This document shows positions 37,101 to 46,451 of a stretch of DNA of 64,000 bases, piece after piece. The DNA comes from Squalus acanthias (lineage: Eukaryota): the NCBI GenBank assembly GCA_030390025.1, contig CM059438.1, forward strand, positions 66,838,001 through 66,902,000, written 5' to 3'. The notes under the pieces are model-generated. The model saw nothing but the letters and a program-made list of their open reading frames with translations, was not told the DNA's origin and made no database searches. Made by a program: the position numbers and the translations under genes. Each line of letters starts with the position of its first letter. Within the stretch, counting starts at the first letter, position 1.

Positions 37101-38070
37101 GACAAGCAGCTGTAATTGGTGTCGTTGCACAAAGAGTGGCTGAAACTCTAGGTGTGTTTCTTCGAGAGAAAACCCGAGAGGAAGCACGATAGATTTTAGC
37201 CGGAACATCTTGATAGGCCCTTACCGGGGCAGTTCGGTAGGACTTAGCTTGATAAGCCCTCGTAGAGGCTCTCGATAGGCAAACCTTTGCAAAATGACCC
37301 TTTTTGTTGCAATGACTGCAAAACGCATTGCGAGCAGGGCAGAATTTCCGAGGGTGAAACTCATCACCACAAAAGAAGCATTTCTTAGATTGCCAAGAGG
37401 CTGCCACAGTGGGGTCATCATCCTCTTCATCAGTGAAGTCATCAGATTGATCGTCAGGGATAAAGTCCTCCCTAATAGAGTTCACCTGTGGCCTCTTAAA
37501 TTGCCTGACTGTAGTTAAGGCAGCAGACCGAGGTCTGGGCACTGTATAAAGGTCTGCATTTCTTTTTGCCAGATCTAGAGAGCAAGCCATGTCATAAGCT
37601 CTCTGAAGCTCAAGTGTCTTACTTTCCAGTAGACGCTGGCGTATAAATGGGGAGGCAAGCCCGCAGATGAAAGCATCACGGATCATTTCTTCACGGTACA
37701 GCTCAGCTGAGGCCGCCTGAAAGTTACAGTCCATACTAAGTCTGCGAAGCTCTTGGAGGAATTTATCAATGGATTCCTCCGGCCCTTGTTGGGCTGTAGC
37801 TAGTAGATGTCTGGCATAGACCTCATTCGGTGTCTTAGTATATAGTCTTTTAAGCGTCCGAATTGCCTCCTCGTAACTGCCCCATTCCTCAACATACTGA
37901 AATACATTCGGAGTGACACAGTTGATGAGTATCCGCAACTTTGTGTCATCATCAGCCTTGCAATATTCAAGAAAATTGTCAAACGTGCGATACCAGTGAT
38001 TCCACACCTTACCGGCTGCTGGGGTGTTTGGGTCCAAGTCAAGACGCGATGGTTTAAGGATGTTTTCCAT
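34114..38070 (-). CDS. Gag-Pol polyprotein (Gag with 2 Zn knuckles, PR, RT, RNase H, IN), 1318 aa
   Basis: CFFCG...H...C and CSHCNKKGHFAKVC, LIDSGS, RLCIDY / LPFG / YLDN, CDAS...EKEA, HHCC plus IDF / SDRG / GQVER. Confidence 0.97.
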   Translation of the reverse strand: MENILKPSRLDLDPNTPAAGKVWNHWYRTFDNFLEYCKADDDTKLRILINCVTPNVFQYVEEWGSYEEAIRTLKRLYTKTPNEVYARHLLATAQQGPEESIDKFLQELRRLSMDCNFQAASAELYREEMIRDAFICGLASPFIRQRLLESKTLELQRAYDMACSLDLAKRNADLYTVPRPRSAALTTVRQFKRPQVNSIREDFIPDDQSDDFTDEEDDDPTVAASWQSKKCFFCGDEFHPRKFCPARNAFCSHCNKKGHFAKVCLSRASTRAYQAKSYRTAPVRAYQDVPAKIYRASSRVFSRRNTPRVSATLCATTPITAACPQNLFHAATKASINGHTLDALIDSGSTDSFIREQIVAELKLHVFPSDQAIAMAQSSLNTRISGFCMVEITLNGHRYPSTRLSVLKDLCSDLILGLDFQKQHKKLTIEFGGSKPELTISNIRPRLPFCALSAASLDEPSLFTSIPPRCKPIITKSRRFSQEDQSFIAAEISRLLAEDIIEPCSSPWRAQVVIVKNPLQPHKKRLCIDYSQTINQYTDLDAYPLPRIDDMVNKLAEYMVFSTYDLKSAYHQVPLKVSDKQYTAFEANGRLYQFRRLPFGVTNGVAVFQRAMDDLVKQEDLKDTFPYLDNITVAGRNQREHDANLQRFWDALQHRNLTLNAAKSIESQPTINILGYCVGNGIIKPDPERLRPLQELPPPKNPASLRRALGLFAYYAKWIPNFSDRIQPLLKASTFPLDTAAVAAFNLLKKQLEKAALHSIDESLPFVVECDASEVAISATLNQEGRPVAFLSRTFQGAELHYPPVEKEATAIIEAVRKWTHLLARQHFTLIADQRSVAFMLDNRKRTKIKNNKIQLWRLELASFGYTIHYRPGKENVAPDTLTRAFCSAMAPSTLVDIHDGLCHPGVTRMLHFVRSRNLPFSTGDVKKMCSDCRVCAELKPQFFCPSGGILIHATQPMQRLSIDFKGPLPSSTRNTYLLTMVDEYSRFPFAFPCPNMLTTTVISCLEQVFAFCGMASYVHSDRGPSFMSGELKAYLSERGIAASRTTPYHLVGNGQVERFNAIIWNAVRLALRSRGLPNQQWEAVLPDALHSTRSLLSTATNTTPHERFFRFQRRSSYGISLPSWLTAPGPVLLRRYVRASKNDPLVDEVELTDVNPTYAYIRCPDGRESTVSLRDLAPCPPKHRGTPGDDIVPGTSLGSPGASHHDLDLTPAGTSLQRADLGQTDYEPVGARTRSHDPPRTIRSETDLPQPCPTPVRAPVHSQDRPDPSQSGLDHSDSGPRPAAGKRARGPLLLREPKRVRLSLVRRLRNGGSIPAS

Positions 38071-38136
38071 GATGGGTGATTCCCTGGATCCTTAGTTCCG
38101 AGTTCGTCCAAAAAGTTTGAGTGCGAAGTTTTTCAA

Positions 38137-38147
38137 AGTTGATTAAA
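38137..38147 (-). other. non-tRNA primer-binding site (self-priming candidate)
   Basis: TTTAATCAACT, one nt after the 5' LTR, is the exact complement of LTR 38192-38202 on the element strand. No TGG start. Confidence 0.75.
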
Positions 38148-38148
38148 T

Positions 38149-38342
38149 TGTCGTAAGAATGAGCCTTACGCGTGGTGAACTTAAAGTAAGCTTTAATCAA
38201 CTAAAAAGGTGCTACATACAAAAGAGGTCTTACTCTATGCCTCTCCAGGATCCAACTGATCAGTCCCGTATTTATGCTGGACTAATCACAGGAAGTGATG
38301 CAATAAAGTTCGAGTCACAGGAAGCTGTATTGTGTTACCACA
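38149..38342 (-). repeat. 5' LTR
   Basis: Direct repeat of 33902-34095. Minus-strand CATAAATA and ATTAAA. Confidence 0.97.
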
Positions 38343-38439
38343 GTTATTGTTTGCACAACTTGCAAACACCTCTCCCTTCCAAACCTTCTGAACTCTTTCT
38401 AGGATATCCTCATCCCAAAAGGTTTCTTGCAGACACAAC

Positions 38440-38884
38440 AGGCTGGATTTTCATAGACCCATGGAGGCAGGTTTGGCGGCGTGTGGGGGGTTAAAATTGC
38501 GAAAAGAGGCGGGCGGACCCGATCCCGCCTCCACGCAATTTTGTTGAAATCGTGTGCAGTGTTCCCGACTCCGTCCCGCCTCCAAGAAGCGGGAGAGGCC
38601 ATTAAAGCCCTTAACAAGCCCTAAATTGGCTCTGTCGTGCCATTTTGAAACATTTTAGCTAGTTTAACCCTTTTCCCACGTGAAGCACGCCTGATCTGAA
38701 ACATGCCAGTGAAACCTGGCGGGAGCACAAGTGGATAGCTGACTATCAGCTGCAGGTCCACTATTACAACGGAGATGTGATGAAGGTAGTAGTAGTATTA
38801 GGTCTGAAAGTCGCCTCTGATGCTGCTGCATTGAATGTCTTCAGAGACTGCCTGGCCTTTGCTGTGAGAGGACCTGGATGCAAA

Positions 38885-38915
<31 letters not shown>

Positions 38916-39179
38916 GAGCTGCTACTCATTTTGCATCCAGGTCCTCTTACAGCAAAGGCCAGGCAGCCTCTGACCTGCAATGCAGCAACAATGATGACAT
39001 CATCAGAGGCGACTTTCAGACTGAAACCACTAATTGGTTCATGGGTTCCCACATGCTGGAACTCAATTGCCCAATTAAGTGAAAATTGCATCAATCTCCC
39101 ACATCCAATTGCAGGCGGGTGGATAACACGAAATGCGGATTACACGACCCCAACCCGCCCCAGTATCAAAATCCAGCCC
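38440..39179. mobile_element. PIF/Harbinger-type MITE
   Basis: TIR (A/G)GGCTGGATTTT, flanks AAC/TAC. Splits Tx1 EN codons DL-LCLQET. Confidence 0.85.
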
Positions 39180-39639
39180 TACAAGTCAGTGCCTTTAAAA
39201 CCCTGCAACAACTGCTGCAATTTCTTCTCACCCCTCAGTCCATTCACATTAATCGAGACCAATGTAATCATGGCTCCGAATAAGGGAAGTATGCCTGATA
39301 ATCTCCCCATCATTTAATCTCTGGCCCTTCCCTCCTCTCATGCTCCTTCCCAACTTTTTGGGCAGCTGTTTCTTTTTCCTGCAGCCTCTGGCTCTTTTTC
39401 ACCTCCTGTTTGAACCTTCCCTGCTGTTTCAGCCTCTTCCTTGCATTAGGTTTGGGCCGAGGAGCTGCCCCTTCTCCCTCCTTCTGCCCCTCACTAACCT
39501 TGCCCTTTCCACACGATGCCACCCCACCCCCAACTTCCACATCTCTGTCCCCCTCTGATTCCTCACTCTTGAGCTCTTCTGTAACCTTCTGTTCCTGCTC
39601 CCCTTCAGATACATAATCCTGCTCCCCGTCAGATACATA

Positions 39640-39958
39640 GGGCACAATTTTGCCAGCCCTGGGGAGGCGGATTTGGAGGCGGGACTGCTGGGAAAATGGC
39701 AGAATCTGGGGGCGGGTACCCATCCTGCCCCAACCCGCCTCCGTGCCATCTTCCCAGGAGGCGGGTACCCGACCCGCGCCGGGTCCCATCTCCTGGAGGC
39801 GGGAAGGGGATTACAGCCACTTAACTGCCTGTTAACAGGTAGTTAACAGGCATTTAAGAGGATTATCCCCATTTTTCTAGCAGAGGCGAGGGCTTCCCAA
39901 CATCAGGAAACCCCTCCAGGGTCAGCAAGGCGAGCAGTGGGTCTGCGGGGTCTGCGGG
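39640..39958 (+). mobile_element. truncated Harbinger-type MITE (family of 46452 and 54034)
   Basis: Highly similar to the first ~320 bp of 54034-54774. The right end is deleted. Confidence 0.85.
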
Positions 39959-39959
39959 T

Positions 39960-40674
39960 GCAGCTCCGAGCGATGTGTCCAGACTCGCCGCAATTATAAC
40001 AGTGCAAGTCTGGACAGTTTCTTACAATATGGTCATGTCTAAGACAATAATAATAAACTTTCACCTGGTTATCATGCAGTACAGGAAGTACTGCACTCCT
40101 TCCATTGTCTCAAATTTCATGCTATACGGCAATGACTTCACCCCCTCTGGGAACCCCACTTTTAAAAAATGGGTTCCATCTGCTACCCATGTTCCTGGAT
40201 AGTATCTCCTCTTTATTGCCGAGCAAATTTTAATGTCCTACGACTCCAACTTTTTGATTAACACATCGTCCTCAATATAAACCAGCAAGTTTAAGAATGA
40301 GACCACCACCTCCTCCGAATATAGCAGAGATACCTCCAAGAACTTATCACCAACCTTCAAACTGAGTAAAAGTCTTTCCACCTCCTCTCAGCCTCTGACC
40401 GTCACCTCGAACCCAACATTCGGCTTTGGTCGGCAGGCAAAGCAGCTTCCCTCGCCGCAATCCTCATGTCCCGCCTGGATAATATCCCAAGCTCGTATCT
40501 CCTTATCCTCACACTGAACCACCACCGTGTTTTCTTTTCCAAACCTCCTGGGGTCCTGGCCCAAATCTTTGGGCCTTTTTTTCTCCCTTCCCTCAACATT
40601 TTCTCCCCTGATTAAATTCATCCTGGGAACACTCTCCTCTGAGGGGCCCGGCACTCCAGCCCCTCAGTAGCCAT
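39960..40674 (-). pseudogene. Tx1-type ORF1 remnant
   Basis: ENTVVV...FACRPK...FEVTV...VSFLNL..YIED...ADGT...SLPYS and CCHC knuckles, with stops and frameshifts. Confidence 0.8.
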
Positions 40675-40811
40675 CTGGCTGCTGTTTATGAACCAAAAAG
40701 ATCCCTAAAACCTGAAAATAAACCACCACCAACTTTTTACAAACTCATTCCAACTCCCTGCAGTAATCAAGCACCCAGCAGCACCTGCTCACTGCTAGCC
40801 CCTCCCACCTA

Positions 40812-40843
40812 GAGAGTGCTACCCACTGAGCCACAGCTGACAC
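40812..40843 (-). mobile_element. DeuSINE 5' head displaced by the Tx1 insertion
   Basis: Minus strand reads GTGTCAGCTGTGGCTCAGTGGGTAGCACTCTC, matching the head of the copy ending at 49045. Confidence 0.9.
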
Positions 40844-40864
40844 TTCCCATAGCATTTCCACACG

Positions 40865-41160
40865 TCCCATAGCATCATATAGCAGAGAAAGAGGCCATTC
40901 AGCCCATCATGCCTGTGCTGGCTCTTTGAAAAAGCTACCCAATTAGTCTCACTCCCTTCTCTTTTCCCCAAACCCTGCAAATTTTCAAATATATATGCAA
41001 TTCCCTTTTGAAAGTTACTATTGAATCTGCTCCCGCCACCCTTTCAGGCAGTGTGTTTCAGATCATAACAACTTGCTTGTTGTTTTGCCTATTATCTTAA
41101 ATCTGTGTCCTCTGGTTATCGACCCTCCTGCCAGTGGAAACGGTTTCCCCCTATCTAGTT
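40865..41160 (-). mobile_element. CR1 3' fragment
   Basis: GGCCATTCAGCCCATC 3'UTR and decayed RT end. Confidence 0.75.
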
Positions 41161-41664
41161 TTGAACACCACTATTAAACATCCTGTGGAACATTTTAAAT
41201 TGAAAGACTTCTCTGCATTGTTTGGGGCATATCATCTGCACAAGATGATGGACAACTTCTTGACTTTGCAAAGCAAGCAAATTGAAGCTTCCAAAATAAC
41301 CAGCAGAGCTCTCATAACTGCTACCAATGGTGAGTCAGATTATGCTGTTGCAAGGGTGTCGAAGAGGAACTGTGCAAATCTCCACTGAAAGAATTTGGAT
41401 AAATATTTGTAATAGATGGGATACAGAAACTGCGGGTGTTTGCATAGCATGGAAGTGCTGAAGGGGGAGGGAACAAGGGACAATTGTGTCAAGGGATCTT
41501 GGCAATTGAAGGGGGTAGGGTGTGGAACCGTTGGATTGGGGCCTGGGACATGACACTTTTGGGGAAATGTTGGTACTATTGGGAAGGGGATGAAAGAGAA
41601 TGAGGTAGTGAGTTCCCCCCACCCAGAAGCTTTATAATGTGCTTTATGGCACTTAACTCTTTAA

Positions 41665-42140
41665 ATTATTTTATTCATTCATGGGATGTGGACGTCACTG
41701 GCAAGGCCAGCATTTATTGCCCATCCCTAATTGTCCTTGAGAAGGTGGTGGTGAGCCGCCTTCTTGAACCTGCTGCAGTCCGTGTGGTGAAGGTAATCCC
41801 ACAGTGCTGTTAGGGAGGGAGTTCCAGGATTTTGACCCAGCGACGATGAAGGAACGGCAATATACTTCCAAGTCAGGATGGTGTGTGACTTGGAGGGGAA
41901 CTTGGAGGTGGTGGTGTTCCCATGCGCCAGCTGCCCTTGTCTTTCTAGGTGGTAGAGGTCGCGGGTTTGGGAGGTGCTGTCGAAAAACCATTGTCGAGTT
42001 GCTGCAGTGCATCTGTAGATGGTACACACTGCAGCCACGGTGCGCCAGTGGTGGAGGGAGTGAATGTTTAAGGTGGTGGATGGGGTGCCAATCAAGTGGG
42101 CTGCTTTGTCTGGATAGTGTCGAGCTTCTTGAGTGTTGTT
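41665..42140 (-). mobile_element. 3' fragment of the 29187-type LINE
   Basis: Reverse complement of ~31930-32385. Confidence 0.9.
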
Positions 42141-42700
42141 GATGTGCTGAGTGCCTGTATATTATAATTACTGGCTGTTTGTTGGCAATGACAGTATAAA
42201 TACAACAGGCCCTTTTAGAACAACAAGAGATTTCCCAGCCCAGTGCTGTGAAAGCCCTTTTGTGGAATCCCATTCACATCCTTAGAAGCGGCAGTAAGGT
42301 GTAACCACTTTAAAGTTGGTTCACGAGTCATGCCTTAGGTGCTGAGAGAGGAAGCATTGAGAGGTAGCAGCGGGGAGTGGGAATGGCTGCCTTGGGGCCT
42401 CAGCAAAGGGAGAGACAACAGCATCAACTACCAACGAGATGTTGTTGTAATTGGCGCGTCCCTCATAAGATCTCCTTATGATCATCTTCCTGCAGTTGAA
42501 ACACAGTATTTAGGGTTATTTCACAGAGTTACTACTTGACACTCTGGGGCTTGGAAAAATGGTCTGTTTTCCAACTCTTCTGTTTTAAAGAATTCCTTTC
42601 TCTCCTTTCTACATTTGGTTTATCGGAGGAAGAATAACCTTTCAAAAATCCAGTGTAAAACTAAGAACCAGGTCTGGCCAATCAACGTGGGCTTGCTTAG

Positions 42701-42799
42701 GGACCACCAGCCATCATGCAGAACGCAAAGCACAATCTTCAGAAGCAATTGGAGACATCTCTAATTATTTTACAGGAGTTTAATTTCCACTGCCTGCAG
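42701..42799 (+). CDS. candidate host-gene exon (GPPAIMQNAK...FHCLQ)
   Basis: CTTGCTTAG acceptor, 33 open codons, CAG|GT donor (weak). Phase 0 fits the next exon. Confidence 0.3.
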
Positions 42800-43131
42800 G
42801 TGGAAATATTTGCAGGAAATTGTTTAAAGTGATCTTTAATCCTTTAAAAAAAATTGAGCCCAAAGGGTTCGATTGAAATCGATTTCTCGCCGTTCAGAGT
42901 TAACATCTCATTTTAGTTTAATTGCGTTAAGCATATTTCAGACAGCTTCCCACCTATTAGCGAGCCACGAATTATAATGTTAAATGCGTTTTGCTAAATG
43001 GAAATGTGAAAGACTGATTGCATTTCAGTCAAGGATGTGAGAGGCCGGTGGTTCTGATGACATTACATTCAAGCATTGTGAATGTGCAGATACTTTCACA
43101 TTGTCATTGACTTCATCGTGACAGGAATTAT

Positions 43132-43259
43132 CGCCGGGAATTTCCTCGGGGCCACCCCTGCTCTGCCCCCCCGGAACTTCAGTGGAAATCCCGTTGAAAC
43201 GGGGCTTCCGCCGAAGTTACGGTGACGGAGTGGGATAAGCCCCGAGGAAATTTCCGCCA
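43132..43259. mobile_element. short foldback MITE
   Basis: Imperfect ~128-bp hairpin: AATTTCCTCGGGGC / GCCCCGAGGAAATT. Confidence 0.75.
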
Positions 43260-43307
43260 CAAGTTTTCACACTGAGCGCAATCGCCGTTCGGAATATATT
43301 TCCGTAG

Positions 43308-43561
43308 CAGTTTCACAGGAGCATCAGTGGCCTTTTTGAACTGGACTTTCTGGAGGCAATGGCAGATCGCCTTTCACCTTTGCACTCTGCTCACAATCAC
43401 GCCCGTCTTCCAAGAATTATTCCCATCATCTTGGATTTTAAGGAGGCACTTTGGTGTTTGTTGCGGAACTGTAAACAAATGTACAAAGAATGTGTTTCCT
43501 CTACTTCTTACAACCAGCTGACAGAGGAGATCAAGTCTGCTCATGTGTTTGGCAGTGGAAC
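43308..43561 (+). CDS. candidate host-gene exon (QFHRSISGLFELDFLEAMADRL...HVFGSG)
   Basis: TTTCCGTAG(CAG) acceptor, 84 open codons, GTGAGT donor, phase 2. Confidence 0.5.
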
Positions 43562-44154
43562 GTGAGTGGCCTGATGAAGATATCATCCACAATGCACGCT
43601 GTCTGCCTGTCAGATTCCTCCATAGCCAAACTGCTATAGACGGCCCTCCCACACACACTCCATTCTTCTGACTCTGGTCCACTGTATGTTGCCCTCCCTC
43701 TCTGACCCATCATTAGTGGCCATCATGGCCCGGTGTTCTCCACACCTCCAAAACCGTTCCTCCAAACCTCCCTCTTCCGCGCATTCAGTTGCCTTGTTTA
43801 GTTTTTAACCCCACCTCATTCCCGGTGTCCATTAACTGCCCTGTGGAGCACCTCGAGACAATTTACAGCCTTCAGACTGCTTTATAAGGGCAGGTTATTG
43901 TTGGTGGCAATTAAAATACAAATCTGAAATATACATATGCACCAGGGTGATTGGTTGTAAGCAATTGAGCTCAGTTGGACTATTGAGGGTAGGAGCAAGG
44001 GCAGAAGTCAGCTACTATCCCATAGGGAAGAAGAAAAATCACCTCAGTCCACTCTTGAATACCCTTGAGTGCCAGTTAAAGGTATAGTCTACATACGATT
44101 GCATTTGAAATATCCTGATTTCATCATGCAAGTGGCCTTTTTTTCTCAAATGTA

Positions 44155-44797
44155 AGAGTGGTGTAGTGGCTATATTACTGGACTGGTAAAACTGTACTGA
44201 ACTAAAATCCTACCATAGCAGTTTGAGAATTTGAATTCAGTTTAAAAAGAATTGGAAATAAAAAGGTAGGCTTTTTAAGAATTCATTCACATTCGGATGT
44301 AGGCATCGCTTGGCAAGGCCAGCATTTATTGCCCATCCCTAATTGCCCTTGAGAAGGTGATGGTGAGCCGCCTTCTTGCACCGCTGCAGTCCGTGTGGTG
44401 ATGGTACTCCCACGGTGCTGTTAGGTAGGGATTCCAAGATTTTGACCCAGCGACGATGAAGGAACAGCGCTATATTTCCAAGTCAGGATGGTGTGTGACT
44501 TGGAGGGGAGCTTGAAGGTGATGGTGTTCCCATGTGCCTGCTGCCCTATCCTTCTAGGTGGTAGAAATCCCTATAAAGTCCTTTAGGGAAGGAAAACTAC
44601 TGTCCTTACCTGGTCTGGCCTATGTGACTCCAGTCCCACATCAGTGTGGTTGACACTTAACTGCCCTCTGAGGTGGCTTAGCAAGCCCGTCAATTGTATG
44701 AAACCGCTACCAGCGGTTCAAGAAGCAGGCCCACCACCAGCTGCTCAGGGCAACTAGCGATGGGCAATAAATGCCGGTCTTGCCAGGGATGCCCACA
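44155..44797 (+). mobile_element. SINE made of the 5' head and 3' tail of the 29187-type LINE (interrupted)
   Basis: tRNA-like head, TCCTTTAGGGAAGGAA...CCTTACCTGGTCTGGCCTAT...TTAACTGCCCTCTGA, joined directly to GTTCAAGAAG...GGGCAA.TAG.GATGGGCAATAAATGC. Confidence 0.8.
44275..44565 (-). mobile_element. 3' fragment of the 29187-type LINE nested in the SINE
   Basis: Reverse complement of ~32110-32385. Confidence 0.88.
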
Positions 44798-45221
44798 ATA
44801 TAGTCATTGTAGGTGCTGTTCTCCAGAATTTGAGTATTGTGGCCCTCGGTCTTGGGCCTCACTGAACATTGGCATCTGAGCTTTATCGCCAAACTCAAAT
44901 AGGCTGCAGGCAAAGGAAGGGACTGTGTAAAAAGCCTTGTCTGCAGTAAATTTGCCCTGGGGTCCACACAATCTGGTATGGGAGCAGCTCTTAAAGGGCT
45001 GCAGCCTGCCAGAAAAGGGGAAGTTGTGATGGTGGCAGAAATTGGGACTATTTGGCCACCCTTCAGTAAAAGCACGGACATCAGCTGCGTGAAGTCAATG
45101 CAGTCAGCTAGCTCCTTCATACCACCTGACTTAAGCTGACTCAACTTGCCAGGCGAGGCCACGGATAAACTAAGGCTTAAAAGCATGCTAAAATGACGGA
45201 CCAAAAACAATTTTGTTACAG

Positions 45222-45366
45222 GTTTCCGGCCCTTCAGTTGGAAGATGTTGGTGAAGGAAGAAGATGGCATGGTGCTAGCTGCAAATGTGGCTCCTGTTTA
45301 GTCAAGATGCAGCTCCTGAATTTAACTTGGGACATGGCATGTACTCTCTGTGCGAAAGTACCTCAG
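45222..45366 (+). CDS. candidate host-gene exon (FPALQLEDVGEGRRWHGASCKCGSC...KVPQ)
   Basis: TTTTGTTACAG acceptor in phase 2 matching the previous donor, open frame, CAG|GTACTT donor. Confidence 0.5.
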
Positions 45367-45963
45367 GTACTTGGAGGGCTTGCCAGCGAGCATAATTTGT
45401 CAAAGGCGTCAGCGATGTTATAGTGCCTTGCTTTCAGCCAACACGAGTTTAAAATAACTGTCATTTATCAATGAGTTTCAGCACCGTGCAGCATCCTGAT
45501 GGGAACTGATTACATTGTCTGCCTGCGTCGCACATAATTCTGCAGCTTTGCTTTTGCTGTGAAATGAAGTGATGAATTCCTCGGCAAAGCTTGCCAATTG
45601 TTTGAAATTCATCACAAGTTTAATTTCAGTGTCGCGTTTCACGAATCTGTGAACAGAGGAATTTTACTCCTTGTCGAATAAAAGTGACGAGGTTAGCGTT
45701 TTCAGTTTATTTACAAAAACACTTCAATAAGTCAGTGTGTTTTGCTTACTTTTCCCTCCATTGTTCTCTCTTCTACTGAAGGTGCTGTAGAAATCCACTG
45801 GTGCCATTTTCTCTAAAGTACCTCACCCAACTTTGTGAGTTTGGATGGTGAATGTCAGCAGGCAATTTGGTCATAATAGTCAACACAGTTAAGCCCCCTC
45901 TTGTCCTCAACTCAACCTGTGTGCATTCCGTAATGGTTCACTGGCTAATGATTATAGCGGGAA

Positions 45964-46420
45964 TCATGGATGATTCTTTTTCCCTTTCCTGTTGTTTCGT
46001 ACGATGGGAAAAGCTTGTAATGGGATGCCGAGTTTGGCTAGCCATTCGATGGCATCCTGAGATGCTGAGTGGAGAAATGAGGAGCCTCCCGCAACAGATC
46101 CTAGTGGGCTGGTTGATGTAATGTGTTCCATGGTCTGGGACTCAGGGCCACAGTCGCACTTCGGATTGTCCCCCATTTTCCACTTGTGGAGCAAGTGGCC
46201 GCATCGTCCGTTCCCTTTCCTAGCCCAGGGCATTGAGGTCTCAAATACTGCCGTGCCTACGATTAACTCAACAAGCACAGGACAATGTCAAACCTGCGAT
46301 TTTGTGGGTCTGTGCCGGGGCGATTCTTCGATCTAGCGCTCCAAATGAAGAGCGCACACCTGGGGAGCACAGGTTAGAAAATCACAGGCTGCAGACCCAC
46401 AGTTTCTTGACCTGAGCTCC
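45964..46420 (-). mobile_element. LINE 3' fragment, Ingi/Vingi-like
   Basis: GRCGHLLHKW....PKCDCG..QTMEHI C-terminal zinc motif. Confidence 0.65.
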
Positions 46421-46451
46421 CTTTATTGTTGCTTCTCATTGGGAACACCAG

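Larger units (their letters stand above)
33902..38342 (-). mobile_element. intact Gypsy LTR retrotransposon (Mag-like)
   Basis: Two 194-bp TG..CA LTRs differing at one base, 5-bp TSD GTTAT, PPT, single gag-pol ORF. Confidence 0.97.
26134..40811 (-). mobile_element. full-length decayed Tx1/L1-clade LINE (~5.2 kb of own sequence) with five nested insertions
   Basis: ORF1 with CCHC knuckle (CYNCGESGHIARSC). ORF2 EN (SINVNGL, LQET, GDFN, SRIDF), RT (KNWRPITL, DQEKAFD, RQGCPLSP, YADD) and C-terminal CPVC...H...C. A-rich tail. 15-bp TSD GAG(G/A)GTGCTACCCAC. Confidence 0.9.

Noticed and set aside
44707..45270. 187-aa minus-strand ORF
   Set aside because: It runs into SINE sequence, has no motif, and overlaps a better supported + strand exon.
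45260..45330. Resemblance of HGASCKCGSC to the separase HxxxCxCxxC motif
   Set aside because: The motif is too short and the flanking peptides are not recognisable, so no gene name was assigned.
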